Source: Acidimicrobiales bacterium (GTDB lineage Bacteria > Actinomycetota > Acidimicrobiia > Acidimicrobiales > SZUA-35). Taken from it: a stretch of DNA of 64,000 nt. The stretch covers positions 213,704 through 277,703 of the forward strand of contig JANQPB010000014.1 in NCBI GenBank assembly GCA_028285495.1. Direction: 5' to 3'. The notes under the pieces were generated by a model, which saw only the letters and a program-made list of their open reading frames with translations, did no database searches and was not told where the DNA came from. Each line of letters opens with the position of its first letter. Within the stretch, counting starts at the first letter, position 1. The position numbers were made by a program, and so were the translations under genes. Shown in pieces: positions 39,873 to 51,200 of this stretch.

Positions 39873-40424
39873 CTAGCCGAGGTCGCCGGCGGCGCGGCGA
39901 ACACCCGTCAACGCACGAAACACGAGACGGGCCTCGTCCTCGGTCATGGCCGCGAGCCCCGCTTGCGCCTCGACCAGTGCTGGCATCGATTGCTCGATGC
40001 GCTCGCGGCCGAGGGGAGTGATTCGGGCCCGCACGCCGCGCCGGTCGTCTGGGTTGGGAAACCGCTCGACGAAGCCGAGTCGCTCGAGCGCGTCGACCGT
40101 GGTGGTCACGCTGGTCGGGTGGAGGAACAGGCGGGAGCTGATGCGCCCGAGTGACATCTCCCCGTGTGCGCTGAAGTAGAGCACAGCCAGGAGCTCGTGG
40201 CGGCTGAACGTGAGATCGAAGCGCTTGAGCACATCGGTCACGCTCTGGCGGGCCAGCGCGGCCACCCGATGGATCGCCAGCGCGGCCTGCATGCGCTCGC
40301 CTCCGTGCCACCCATGGTCCTCCCAGTGTGATGCCGCTGCCCGAATGGGGTCGACCCGGCGCGACGACGGGCCGAGACCGGTGTCGGTCGAATCGACGCT
40401 CTTGGCGGTGGGGTCGTCGATCAC
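39873..40424 (-). CDS. MarR-family transcriptional regulator
   Basis: LTFSRHELL, HPTSVT..VD.LE..GFVER.PNPDDRR. Confidence 0.9.
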   Translation of the reverse strand: MIDDPTAKSVDSTDTGLGPSSRRVDPIRAAASHWEDHGWHGGERMQAALAIHRVAALARQSVTDVLKRFDLTFSRHELLAVLYFSAHGEMSLGRISSRLFLHPTSVTTTVDALERLGFVERFPNPDDRRGVRARITPLGRERIEQSMPALVEAQAGLAAMTEDEARLVFRALTGVRRAAGDLG

Positions 40425-40481
40425 TCGGGTGCCTCCCGATCGTCGCGTCGCTCCATGGGTTTCGCTGTCATGAACCCGATG

Positions 40482-40516
40482 TTAGTCGGTTTGCCGATAA
40501 TTGGTTATCCAACTAA
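40482..40516. promoter_or_regulatory. Overlapping MarR-type operator palindromes
   Basis: TTAGTCGGtttgCCGATAA and TAATTGGttatCCAACTAA between divergent marR and the hpaB-like gene. Confidence 0.6.
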
Positions 40517-40559
40517 TGTCCGGGGGGTTCCGGCCGTGTCCTATCGACGGGGGTCCAAG

Positions 40560-41948
40560 ATGTTGACCGGCGAGCAATACAAGGAGTCGCTGCGCGATGG
40601 GCGCGCCACCTATTTCGAGGGCGAGCGCATCGACGACTTGGTCGGTCATCCGCTGCTTGGCCAGACGGTTGAGACGACGGCCAGCGGCTACGACCAGCAC
40701 TACGACCCGGCGCCCGATGCCAGGTCGCCGCTACTCGCTGTGCCCCAGTCGGCCGACGACCTGCGCGAGCTGATCCCGATGCTGCACCACGCCGGCATGA
40801 TGGCTCACGTCACCTCGACTTCCATCCAGACGCTCAAGACGGCGGCCGGCCGCATGACTGGTGTCAAGCCCGAGTACATCGAGCGCATCGGGGGCTACAT
40901 CGACGAGGCCCAACGCAACGACGTGCGCATCACCCAGTGCATCACCGATGCCAAGGGGAACAGGGCAAAGAAGCCGAGCGACCAGGATGACCCTGACAGC
41001 TACACGCGTGTCGTGAGTCGTGAGCGCGACGGTGTCGTGATCCGGGGAGCGAAGCTGCACATCACCGGCGCCTCGTTCGGCCATGATCTGCTGACGATTC
41101 CGACCAAGGCGATGAAGCCGGGCGAGGAGGACTGGTCGATCGGTTGCGTCGTGCCGGTCAACGCCGAGGGCGTGAAGATCATCAACACCACCTACGCACC
41201 TCGTCACGAGGATGCTCGGGTGTTCCCGGTCTCGGGCACGCATCACTACCCAGAAGGCTTCGTGATATTCGACGACGTGTTCGTGCCATGGGAACGGGTG
41301 TTCCTCGACGGCGAGACGGCGTTCGCCGCCGTGTTCGCCCACAGCCTGGGGCTGTGGGAGCGCCTCGGTGGCTTGTCGGCGTTCGTCGAGGAGTGCGACC
41401 AACTGGTGGGCTTCGCTCAGCTCGTGGCCGAGGCCAACGGCACCGCCGGCATCTCCCACGTCAAGGAGAAGATCAGTGAGATGATCATCCACGCCACGCT
41501 GATCCGCTCGACGCTCGAAGCCGCGATCATGAACTGCAACACGGGTCCCGATGGTGCGGCGTTCCCCAACGAGCTGTTCGTCAACGCCGGCAAGTTCCAC
41601 GCCGCCGCCAACTACAACCTGATGGTCCGCCACCTGCACGACATGTCCGGGGGCGCGGTGCTGACCGCGCCGGCGCCGGCCGACTTCGAGAACGAGGAGG
41701 TCGGCGACCTCGCCCGCAAGTACATGTCAACCGGCCACGACGTCGATGGCGAGTACCGCGCCCGGTTGATGCACGCGATTCGGGATCTCACCGCTGACGC
41801 CTACGGCGGCTGGAAGTTCGTGACCAACCTCCAAGCCGGTGGTGGGCTCTACGCTCAGCGCATCGTGACCCGGCGTCACTACGACCTCGACGGCGCGAAG
41901 CGCAAGGCCCTCGCCATCGCCGGGCTCGCCGAAGACGATGTCCACTGA
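40560..41948 (+). CDS. 4-hydroxyphenylacetate 3-hydroxylase-family flavoprotein (HpaB-like)
   Basis: MLTGEQYKESLRDGR, ITDAKGNR, GVVIRGAKLHITG, FDDVFVPWERVF. Confidence 0.85.
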   Translation: MLTGEQYKESLRDGRATYFEGERIDDLVGHPLLGQTVETTASGYDQHYDPAPDARSPLLAVPQSADDLRELIPMLHHAGMMAHVTSTSIQTLKTAAGRMTGVKPEYIERIGGYIDEAQRNDVRITQCITDAKGNRAKKPSDQDDPDSYTRVVSRERDGVVIRGAKLHITGASFGHDLLTIPTKAMKPGEEDWSIGCVVPVNAEGVKIINTTYAPRHEDARVFPVSGTHHYPEGFVIFDDVFVPWERVFLDGETAFAAVFAHSLGLWERLGGLSAFVEECDQLVGFAQLVAEANGTAGISHVKEKISEMIIHATLIRSTLEAAIMNCNTGPDGAAFPNELFVNAGKFHAAANYNLMVRHLHDMSGGAVLTAPAPADFENEEVGDLARKYMSTGHDVDGEYRARLMHAIRDLTADAYGGWKFVTNLQAGGGLYAQRIVTRRHYDLDGAKRKALAIAGLAEDDVH

Positions 41949-42225
41949 GCGCTCGCCGGGGGCTGCCCGAATGGACGCTCCTGGGCGGATCCAGCAGGAA
42001 CGCCGCCCGGCACGCTCGTTCGGTCAGTCGTGGGAGCGGCGCCGCTGCAACTGGAGCTCGGCCCCGAGCACCCAGGAGTGCGACTGGATCGCGGAAGCGA
42101 GGATCGGGCTCCTGGTGACGAGCACGTCTGTTGCCGCTGACACCGGAGAGATCCAACACGAGGTCACCGGCGAGCACGTGCTGGGGCCGTCGCGAGCGCG
42201 CCGAAACGTCGATCCGGAAGGCTGA
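41938..42225 (+). CDS. Small hypothetical or degraded gene inside operon
   Basis: Overlaps the hpaB-like stop and ends 3 nt before the KS start; no clear motif. Confidence 0.3.
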   Translation: MSTERSPGAARMDAPGRIQQERRPARSFGQSWERRRCNWSSAPSTQECDWIAEARIGLLVTSTSVAADTGEIQHEVTGEHVLGPSRARRNVDPEG

Positions 42226-42228
42226 TCG

Positions 42229-43491
42229 ATGGACCTGGCCATCACGGGGATGGGGACGGTGTCGCCGCTCGGCACATCGGCCGACGAGCTGTGCGACGGC
42301 CTGCTGTCGGGTCGTCGAGGCATTCGGGTCGCACCGTGGGCCGACGATGTCGAAGGCGGCCTCTACGCCGCGGTCGATGATCGTTTCGATCCGGCGGCCA
42401 CGATCGACGGGCGCGTCGTTGCCGGTACCGACGGCTTCGCCCGCTTTGCGCTCGCCGCGTGCGCTGAGGCGATCGGCGACGCCGGCCTCGGTTCGACCGA
42501 TCTCGATCCTTTCCGCACCGGCGTCGTTCACGGGACGTCGATGGGCGGACACTTCACGGTCGCCCGATCCCAGTGGCAGTACGAGCACGGAGGTTTCGAC
42601 GCCACCGACCCGAAGACCCAGATCAAGATCTGGCCGAACATGGCCGCCGCTCAGATCTGCCTGGCCCACGGCCTGCATGGACCGTCGATCACGATCACGA
42701 CCGCCTGCGCATCGTCGCTCGACGCGCTGGGCACCGCCGCGCTGTACCTCCGGGCGGGCCTGGCCGACATCGTGCTCGTCGGGGCTACCGAAGGCGGGTA
42801 CACCGCCGACGACGGCGACCACTTCGTACCGGGTTTCGTCGCCGCCGAGCGGGCGTACGGCATGAGTTCGGGTCAGACCGATCCCAGCCGGGCGATGTTG
42901 CCTTTCGACATCGACCGGGTCGGCATCGTGAGCGGTGAGGGGTCGGCCTTCCTCGTGTTGGAGACGGCCGAACACGCAGCCGGTCGGGGCGCGGTGGCGC
43001 GAGCGTGGTTGCGGGGGACTGCGTCGTTGGCCGACGCTCATCATCCGAGTTCACCGCAACCCGACGGCCGGTGGGAGCAGCTCGTCATGGAGCGAGCCCA
43101 CGAGTCGGCCGGCATCGGACCCGAGCAGGTGGACGTGCTGATCGCCCACGCCACGGGAACGCCGAAGGGCGACCAGGCCGAGATCCGAGCCATCAATCGC
43201 ACGTTCACATCGAACCCCGACCTCGTCGTCACCGGTCTCAAGGGTCACACCGGACACACCGGTGCTGCATCGGGTGCGATGAGCGTCATCGCCGGCGTGC
43301 GGGCAATGGCCGACGGTGAGCTCCCCGCCATCGCCGGCACCGAGGTCGTCGACCCGGAGGCAGAGTTCGATGTCGCAGTGCGTGCGTCACGGGTCGTCGA
43401 CCTTGCGGTGCTCCAGGTGAACTCGTTCGGCTTCGGTGGCCAGAACGCTTCGGTCGTGATCAGCCGGGAGGCGCCCGATGGTGGTTCGTGA
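42229..43491 (+). CDS. Beta-ketoacyl synthase (FabF-like, Cys-His-His)
   Basis: TACASS, AHATGT, KGHTGH, NSFGFGGQN. Confidence 0.9.
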   Translation: MDLAITGMGTVSPLGTSADELCDGLLSGRRGIRVAPWADDVEGGLYAAVDDRFDPAATIDGRVVAGTDGFARFALAACAEAIGDAGLGSTDLDPFRTGVVHGTSMGGHFTVARSQWQYEHGGFDATDPKTQIKIWPNMAAAQICLAHGLHGPSITITTACASSLDALGTAALYLRAGLADIVLVGATEGGYTADDGDHFVPGFVAAERAYGMSSGQTDPSRAMLPFDIDRVGIVSGEGSAFLVLETAEHAAGRGAVARAWLRGTASLADAHHPSSPQPDGRWEQLVMERAHESAGIGPEQVDVLIAHATGTPKGDQAEIRAINRTFTSNPDLVVTGLKGHTGHTGAASGAMSVIAGVRAMADGELPAIAGTEVVDPEAEFDVAVRASRVVDLAVLQVNSFGFGGQNASVVISREAPDGGS

Positions 43492-45052
43492 CCAGAGCTT
43501 CACCATCGCGGCATGTGTCGCCGCACACGCTCGGTCGTTTCCCGATCGCATCGCCGTCGACGAGATCGCGCCGCGGGACGCACAGCGGCTCGGAACCGTT
43601 GCCTACGGCGAGCTCAAGCAACGATGGACCTATGCCGACCTGTGGGGCCGGACCCAGGCCATTGCCGCTGCGCTCGCGCCGGTCCAGCCGGGCCCGCACG
43701 GTCCAATGGTCGGCCTGCTGTTGCCCAACGGCGCCGATCACATCGCGGCGTACCTCGCCTGCCAGTTGGTCGGTGCCGCCGCCGTGCCGATCAACACCCT
43801 GCTCACCGGTCCCGAGATCGACTTCATCTTGAGCGACAGTGGAGCCTCGGTACTGCTCACGTCCGAGCCGTTCTCGGACGTGGTCGGCGGGCTCGAGGCC
43901 GGGGTCGGCGTCGTCGACGCGGCCGCGATCGAACCGGTCGGTGAGCGAGATGCCCCGCCCCTGACCTCGGCCCAGGGCGAGGCGGCTCGTGAACGGCTCG
44001 CCGTCATCGCCTACACCAGCGGCACGACCGGATTCCCGAAAGGCGTCATGGTCCGCAATGGCGATCTGCTCGATCGGGCGGCGCAGTGGGCGTGGACGTT
44101 CGGCCTGAGCCCGACCCAGGTGCTGTCGACCCCCGGTCCAATCCACCACATGTCCTACGGTGGGCTGAGCCTGACCCATCTCGTCGCCGGCGGCTACAAC
44201 CGAGTACTGACCGAGTTCGACGCCGCGTACGCCTTGACCGAGTACGCCGAGCACTCGTCGTGGGTGTTCCTCGTGCCGTCGATGACGGCCATGATCAACC
44301 AGGCGTGGCGTGACGCAGGCAAGCGGGCCATGGGCCGGCTCGAGTTCGTGCTGTCGTCGGGTGCACCCGGCCCCCACAGCCTCCTCGACGCAGCGTTCGA
44401 CATGTTCCCCGCAGCCGCCATCGTCGAGGCCTACGGCTGGACCGAGGGCGGATGGGTCGCCTACGAGCACAAGGAGCGCAACGCCATCGTTCCCCACTGC
44501 GTCGGGTGGCCGATGATGCGCAGTGCGCTGGCCCTCCTCGGCGATGACGACCAGCCCTGCGCGACGGGCGAGCCAGGTGAGGTCGTGGTTCGGCCCCTCA
44601 CGCCGTTCCACGGGTATCTCGGTCGAGACGAGGCCACCCGGGCCGCCACGACCTCCGACGGATACTGCCGCTCCGGCGACGTCGGCATCCTCTTGCCAGA
44701 CGGCCGGTTGACGATCGTCGACCGCCTCAAGGACATGATCATCTCCGGAGGTGAGAACGTCTACTGCGCCGAGGTCGAGCGAGTGCTGACCGACGCACCC
44801 GGCGTGGATCAGGTGGCGGTGTTCGGGACACCAGACGAGCGCTGGGGCGAACGGGTCACGGCCGCAGTCGTTCTCGACCCCGGCACCAGCGTGCCGGTCG
44901 ACGAGCTCATGGCCTACGCCCGAGCGAACCTCGCCGGCTACAAGGCGCCCAAGGAGTTCCACGTTGTCGACGAGCTGCCCCGCAACTCCATGGGGAAGGT
45001 GCAGAAGTATGCGCTCGTGGAGGCCCTGTCGAACGGCGGAGCGCGGCGGTGA
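43478..45052 (+). CDS. AMP-dependent acyl-CoA synthetase
   Basis: YTSGTTGFPKG, YGWTE, SGD, DRLKDMIISGGENVY, PRNSMGK. Confidence 0.92.
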   Translation: MVVRDQSFTIAACVAAHARSFPDRIAVDEIAPRDAQRLGTVAYGELKQRWTYADLWGRTQAIAAALAPVQPGPHGPMVGLLLPNGADHIAAYLACQLVGAAAVPINTLLTGPEIDFILSDSGASVLLTSEPFSDVVGGLEAGVGVVDAAAIEPVGERDAPPLTSAQGEAARERLAVIAYTSGTTGFPKGVMVRNGDLLDRAAQWAWTFGLSPTQVLSTPGPIHHMSYGGLSLTHLVAGGYNRVLTEFDAAYALTEYAEHSSWVFLVPSMTAMINQAWRDAGKRAMGRLEFVLSSGAPGPHSLLDAAFDMFPAAAIVEAYGWTEGGWVAYEHKERNAIVPHCVGWPMMRSALALLGDDDQPCATGEPGEVVVRPLTPFHGYLGRDEATRAATTSDGYCRSGDVGILLPDGRLTIVDRLKDMIISGGENVYCAEVERVLTDAPGVDQVAVFGTPDERWGERVTAAVVLDPGTSVPVDELMAYARANLAGYKAPKEFHVVDELPRNSMGKVQKYALVEALSNGGARR

Positions 45053-45240
45053 GACCACACGAGCCAGGTGTCGCACCGGCGCCTGGCTGAGGGCGGGACG
45101 GATGGCCTTCTGCGCAGTCGTGTGCCCCGCGGCGGGCCACGTGTCCTGGCCGGCCGCCGGATGGCCGCTGGGGAGGCCCGAGCCTCCGAGCGGACCGTCG
45201 GTCTGGGCAGCCGCCAACGATGATGACCCGTTGGCCCAGT

Positions 45241-45711
45241 TCAGGGGTCGTCGGTTCTGTCTGGTCGTCCGGCCCTCGTCACGATCGGTTTCGGGTTGAG
45301 CTCGTTGAGGGGTCGCCCGGTGTTGCGGTCGATCAGCAACGGGTCGAGTTGCTGCCCGGTGTGACCGTCGACGAGGACAACCGGTGGTTCGTCGAAGCCG
45401 GCGTACTGGTCGCCCCACTGGAGGAGGCCAACGATGACGGTGCGGAGGTCTCGCCCCTTTGACGTCAGGTGGTAGTCGTAGCGGGGTGGGTGGTCCTGGT
45501 AGCGGCGGCGGTCGAGGATCCCGTGGTCGGTGAGGAGCTTGAGCCGGTCGGTCAGTGTGTTGCGGGGGATCTCCAGCCTTGCCTGGAAGTCAGCGAATCG
45601 AGTGATCCCGGAGAGTGCATCGCGGACGATCAGCAGCGTCCAGGGGTCGCCGACCACATCGAGGGTCTGGGCGATCGGACAGGCCATTCCTGAGTAGGTC
45701 TTTCGTCTCAT
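45241..45711 (-). CDS. HxlR-family winged-helix regulator
   Basis: CPIAQTLDVVGDPWTLLIVRD, YQDHPPRYDYHLT.KG. Confidence 0.9.
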   Translation of the reverse strand: MRRKTYSGMACPIAQTLDVVGDPWTLLIVRDALSGITRFADFQARLEIPRNTLTDRLKLLTDHGILDRRRYQDHPPRYDYHLTSKGRDLRTVIVGLLQWGDQYAGFDEPPVVLVDGHTGQQLDPLLIDRNTGRPLNELNPKPIVTRAGRPDRTDDP

Positions 45712-47150
45712 GCGCTGGGCTCGGGGTGCGTCTTGGCCTGCGGTGTCGTGTGGCTGGGTAGGGTCGCCTGACCGGTACGCAGACCGGCTGAGAGCGCCGT
45801 CGTTGCGAGACCTCCTACCACCAGCAGTATCCAGATCCGATCGAAGCCGGTCACGAGGGCATCGAGCGAGGACGGCTGTCCCAGGAAGGCGACGGTGAGG
45901 GCGACGCCGAAGGTGCCTCCGAACTGGCGCACCGCCTGGTTGGTGGCGCCGCCGACGCCGAGGCGGTCGGGCGGCAGCGCCTGGGCGGTGACACTGGAGA
46001 GTTGGGGCAGGCACATCGCGACACCGATCCCGGTCAGCAGCATCGACGGAAGGTAGTCGACCACGTAGTCGACGTCGGGTCCGAGCATGAGCAGCCGCAA
46101 GACGCCGCCGGCGGCGAAGAAGGCCCCGCCGATCATCAGGAGGGGCCGTTGGCCGAATCGGGCGGCCAGTCGACCCATCTGCGGGGCGAGGACGGCAACC
46201 AGGAGGGGCCCTGGCGCTATCCCGAAACCGGCGGCCAGGATCGACCACTTCCACACGTCGGTGAGGAACAGGATCGACCCGAAGAACATGGCGATGAACA
46301 CCACCCCGAAAGCCAACGCCGCGGCGTTTCCCCAGGCGAAGTTCCGGATTGCGAACAGTTCGAGGTCGAGAACCGGTGCGGTACTTTGCCGCTGAGACAG
46401 GATGAACAGGCCGAGCGCAACCGACCCGAGGGCCAGGCTGGACACAGTTCGGGCATCGCCCCAACCCCACGACTCACTGTGGACCACCCCGAACGACAGC
46501 AGCGCCGCAGCCCCGGCGATCAGGACGACCCCGGATGGGGCAGGCAGTTTGGTTGCCTCATCCTTCGACTCGGCCAGCACCCGCGACCCGGCCAGGACCG
46601 CATAGGCGCCGACCGGCAGATTCAGGTAGAAGACCCAGCGCCAGCCCGCCCACTCGACGACCATGGCTCCGAGCGTCGGTCCAAGGGCCGCGGCGACGGC
46701 ACCGGTCGCGCCCCAGATGGCCACCGCCACCGGCAGTCGCTCGCGGGGGAAGGCCCGCAGGATCAGGGCCAGCGATGCGGGGAGGAGCACGGCTGCGCCG
46801 ACGGCCTGGACGATCCGGGTGGCGATCAAGACCGATGGGTGCGGAGCAAGGCCTGACAACAGCGAACCGACCATGAACACCACGACACCGGTGAGGAACG
46901 CCCGCTTGTGCCCGAGGCGGTCGGCCACCTTGCCGGCGGGGACCAGGAGGGCCGCGAAGACGATGGTGTAGGCATTCAGAACCCACGACAGCTGCGCCGT
47001 ACTCACCTCGGGGAACGAAGCCACGAGGTCGGGGAAGGCGACGAACAGCGCCGTGGTATCGAGGAACACCGTCAGGACAGCCAGCGACGCCACGGCCAGG
47101 GTGGTCCTGGCAGGTCGAGGAGCGGGCGACGAACCAGCGGGACGGGACAT
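45708..47150 (-). CDS. MFS drug:H+ antiporter (DHA2/EmrB-like)
   Basis: LDTT, WVLNAY, GKVADRLG.K, GPTLG, WRWVFYLNLP. Confidence 0.9.
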   Translation of the reverse strand: MSRPAGSSPAPRPARTTLAVASLAVLTVFLDTTALFVAFPDLVASFPEVSTAQLSWVLNAYTIVFAALLVPAGKVADRLGHKRAFLTGVVVFMVGSLLSGLAPHPSVLIATRIVQAVGAAVLLPASLALILRAFPRERLPVAVAIWGATGAVAAALGPTLGAMVVEWAGWRWVFYLNLPVGAYAVLAGSRVLAESKDEATKLPAPSGVVLIAGAAALLSFGVVHSESWGWGDARTVSSLALGSVALGLFILSQRQSTAPVLDLELFAIRNFAWGNAAALAFGVVFIAMFFGSILFLTDVWKWSILAAGFGIAPGPLLVAVLAPQMGRLAARFGQRPLLMIGGAFFAAGGVLRLLMLGPDVDYVVDYLPSMLLTGIGVAMCLPQLSSVTAQALPPDRLGVGGATNQAVRQFGGTFGVALTVAFLGQPSSLDALVTGFDRIWILLVVGGLATTALSAGLRTGQATLPSHTTPQAKTHPEPSA

Positions 47151-47797
47151 GGCCGAACGCTAAGCCAGTAGATTCAATAATACAACTCACTCGGCCGGCA
47201 CCGCCGACGTCATCGGCGTGAGCCGCTCGGCGATCCGACGACATCGTCGACGGACTCCGGGCCCCGCATCCGTGACCCGACGCCAGGCCACGCGAGGCCT
47301 GAACTCGACGTCGTTCGGTGGGGAGATCTTCTCATCGAGACACAAAACCGAGATCGCCACGACAAGATAATGTTGTGATGGGTTCGTGGTCCGACCACCC
47401 CCGCCTTCCTGGCAGCGCAGGTGCGCAGCCGTGCTGGGCGGCTGGTTCGGTGCCTCGAGTGCAACACGACGGCGGGAAACGCGGCTCGTTGCTCCCGATC
47501 GTCGACGACCTGGAGCAACCGACCGGAGAGAGAGCAGGGCGATCACGATGCTCACGTTCGAGGACGAGTTGCCGGCCCCGGCGGCCGAAGAGCGCGGGCC
47601 GGGGGCCCAGCCCGCGACGGAGCCCGCGGTGGCGGGTGTCGACCGCCGTGTCGACCAGCAGGCGATCCCGGGCCACCGCCTCGGCCGCACCGACGACCGC
47701 CACCGTTCGGGGCGGGGCCTAGTCTCGGACCGGCGGTCGCCGCACCTCCGACCCGGCAGGCGACGGCAACAACCCCGAGCGACAGAGGTCTGGACCT

Positions 47798-48163
47798 ATG
47801 AGGCGCATGTTGGCGTTGATCACCGGGATCGCCGTGCTGTTCGCAGCGGCGCTCTGTGCACTCCTCTCCGTCGAGTCGCTCGGGCTCGTTGGGTCCGACG
47901 CGTCGTACAACCTCTGGCTGGTCACGGTTGCCCTGTTGCTCTACGCCACCACCGGCTTCGTCGTCGCCCGAGTCGCTGGTCACCAGCGATGGGCCCGCAC
48001 GGGGATCGCCGCAGTCGGCGCCGCCGCGGCCCTGCTCCTCGTCTCGGCCCTGGCCACCGGATCGCTCTTCTTCGGGGCCCTGTTCGGCGGGGTGACCATG
48101 CTGGCACCGGCGCTTCTCGGCGACGGCGGCGGGCCGCTGGCACCACGAGACGGCGCGGCCTGA
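47798..48163 (+). CDS. Hypothetical membrane protein
   Basis: About four hydrophobic segments; GAGG upstream. Confidence 0.55.
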   Translation: MRRMLALITGIAVLFAAALCALLSVESLGLVGSDASYNLWLVTVALLLYATTGFVVARVAGHQRWARTGIAAVGAAAALLLVSALATGSLFFGALFGGVTMLAPALLGDGGGPLAPRDGAA

Positions 48164-48263
48164 GCGCACCGTCGGCACCAATCGCAGAAGCAATCGGGCT
48201 CGGCCGGTGCGGTATCGCACGGCGGTCGCGCCGCGGACCCGAACGGATGGGGAGAGACAGCCG

Positions 48264-51200
48264 ATGAACCTGTGGAGAAGGATCCTGATCGCGGGTCTGG
48301 CGCTCGTGGCCGTCTCGGCGACGAGCGCGGCGTCTGCGCAGCCTCCCGCCGACGAGTCGCCGACGCCCGGCACGGCGCCGGCCGCGCCGCGGACCGCCAG
48401 CGCAGCCACCACCGCCCAGGCCGCCATCCTGCCGGCCGAGCCGGTGCGTCCCTTCATCACCGCCACCGGCTCGGTGAGCGTGTCGGTCGATGCGATCGGC
48501 ACCAACAGCCCGAACGGTGGTCTCGTCACGGTCGAGAAGCCGCCTGGCGCCACCGTCCGTCAGGCCTTCCTGCTGGCGGCGACGACCGGCTTCACCCAAC
48601 AGGTCCCCCAGGACGGCGACATCAACCTGGGCGGCGTCGACATCTCCTGGGACGCCGGTCGGACGATGGCAAACGGCATCTCGTCGTTCAACGCGTTCGC
48701 CAACGTCACGGGCAACGTCAAGAACGCCATCGATGCAGCCGCAGCCGGTCCCGTCAACTTCCGCATCACCGAAGCGGTCCCGTCTCGCTACGACGGAGCG
48801 ATCCTCGCCGTCATCTTCGACGATCCGTCGATCGAGGTCCCGACCACGGCGATCCTCGCCTACGGGGCCCAGCAGGTCACGGGTGACAGGATCCGGCTCG
48901 CCCGACCGGCCGAGATCCCGACCGAAGACGTCGAGGTTCGTCTCGGCGTCGGCATCTCGTACGGATTCCAGCCGGCCCCGAACGTCCCCCAGGACAGTCG
49001 CATCAACGTGAACGGCATCCGGCTGACGAGCTCGGCCGGTGGGCAGGACGACGGCGAGGGTCAGAACGGAGCACTCATCACCGTCGGCGGGGTCGGCGAC
49101 GACCTCGCCAACCCGACCGACCCGTTCGCCGACGGCAACTCCCCCGGCTGTCCTCGTTGCGACGACGAGTACTACGACCTCCAGCCGTTCCTCTCGGCAG
49201 AGCTGGTCGACGAGCTCGAGCTCACGACCCAGAACCCGTCGGCCGACGACAACTTCTTCTTCGCCGCCCTCGAAGTGGTCGGGGCGACGGCCACCTGGAC
49301 GTCGTCGTTCGCCGGCCCCAGCCCGCTCGTGGTCCTGCACGGCATCACCGGGTCCTACCTCGAGGACGCCGACGGCAACGAGATCTGGCCGGACGAGGGG
49401 CAGACCGCCGACAAGTTCGAGGACAACCACCTCGACGTCCTCGCCCTGGACGAGAACGGTGTCGACCCGGCCGACCCGAACGATCAGATCTCGGTGAGCA
49501 CCAGCCGGGGGATCGACGGCCTGATCGGCCAGTCGGAGCTGTGCACCCCGATCTTCTGCAAGAACATCGGTGACGCCTACAACCTGACCTTCAACCTCCT
49601 CGAGGACGAGGGCTACGAGCGGGGCGAGGACCTGTTCCCGTTCGCGTTCGACTGGCGGCTGTCGACCAAGACCAACGGCGACCTGCTGATCGACTTCATC
49701 GACGAGATCCTGGCCGAGACCGGGGCCAGCAGCGTCAACATCCTGGCCCACTCCCAGGGCGGCCTGGTCACCAGGAACGCCGTCGAGAGCCCGCGGTCGG
49801 TCGGGAAGGTCGACCGGGTCGTGACGTTCGGGACGCCCTACCTCGGTTCGCCGAAGTTCGTCGGCGTCCTGGACTACCGGGAGCCCTGCCAGGCCGAGGT
49901 CCCGTTCGGCGGGCCGGGCTGCTTCCTCGCTCGGGCCAAGGCCCAGGAGCTCGCCACCAACTGGCCGGGGGCGCTGGAGCTCTTGCCGTCGAGGGCGTTC
50001 TTCGACACCTACGGCTCCGTGATCAACCGCGACGTCGACGATGACGGCGACGGCACCGTCGAGGGCCTGCTCCCCTTCGACGACTTCCGGGACACGCTGG
50101 CCGACCGCAACCTGACCCTCATCGATGCGGCGACGGCGCTGCACCAGACGATCGACCCATGGGACCCGGCTGACGACCGCGTCGAGCTGCTCCGGCTCGC
50201 CGGAACCGGAGAGACGACGATCCTCCGCATCCGTCAGTTCCAGAAGGAGGACTGCCTCTTCAGCTGGTTCCGGAACTGTGAGCTCGTCGAGGCCTTCGAG
50301 TTCGAGCACGGCGACGGCGACGGCACCGTCCCGACCAGCTCGGCGTCACTGATCGGCGACGGCCTCGACCTGTCCGGCGACGCCCGGGTCTGCTACATCT
50401 CCGGCCCGGGCGCCGCTCACGGCAAGCTCCCCCAGCGCGAGCTGGCCATGGGGATCGCCCTCGACTGGGTCGAGGACGGCGAGTACACCTGTGGGCAGGA
50501 GGCGTCGCGGTTCGCGGCGACGACACAGGCGGCCTCCCGCGCCGCCGCAGCGGCCCCGGCGACGACAACGGCGAGCTCCGAGCCGGCGCGACTGACCGCA
50601 ACCGAGCTCGTGGCCAGAGGACCGATCACCGGCTACGTCGAGCGGCTCGGCACCGAGGGGGCCGAGGTCATGGGCTTGGTGCCGGACGGCGACGATCGGA
50701 TCGAGATCAACAGCGTCGTCAACGGCTCGTACTACACGGCACCCGAGTCGGTCAGCTACTCGTTCAACGGCGCCGGCGACTACCTGGCGAGGTGGGAGAT
50801 GGTCGACGACGGCGAGTTCGCCCTGCTCCTGCGGACCTACGACGGCGGGATCGCCTCCGTGCGTTCCGTCCTGCCGATCCGCCTACCGGCCGGGGCGACG
50901 ATGACGCTTGCACTGAGCCATCCCAGCCCGACATCGGTCGTCCTTCGGATCGACGAGAACGGCGACGGCACCGTCGACCGGGAGCTCCCGGTCGAGGACG
51001 AGGTCGTCGACTCGGCCGCCCAGGACACCATCGCACCGACGTCGACGGTCACCCTCATCCCGGTCACCGGCGACCCTGGCTCGGTCGAGGTCGAGATCAC
51101 CGCAGTTGATCTCGGCGGGTCCGGGGTCGGCGTGATCGAGTACGCGCTCGAGCCCGAGGGCATCAGCGCGGTCTACGAGGGGCCCTTCACCGTCCCGGCC

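Noticed and set aside
47190-47790. Long intergenic stretch as a possible ncRNA, gene remnant or island right end
   Set aside because: No recognisable RNA motif, att repeat or convincing ORF on either strand.
47922-50309. 795-aa - strand ORF and similar long antisense ORFs elsewhere (e.g. 16865..19075, 43460..45418, 61542..63815)
   Set aside because: Stop-poor antisense or off-frame shadows of real high-GC genes.
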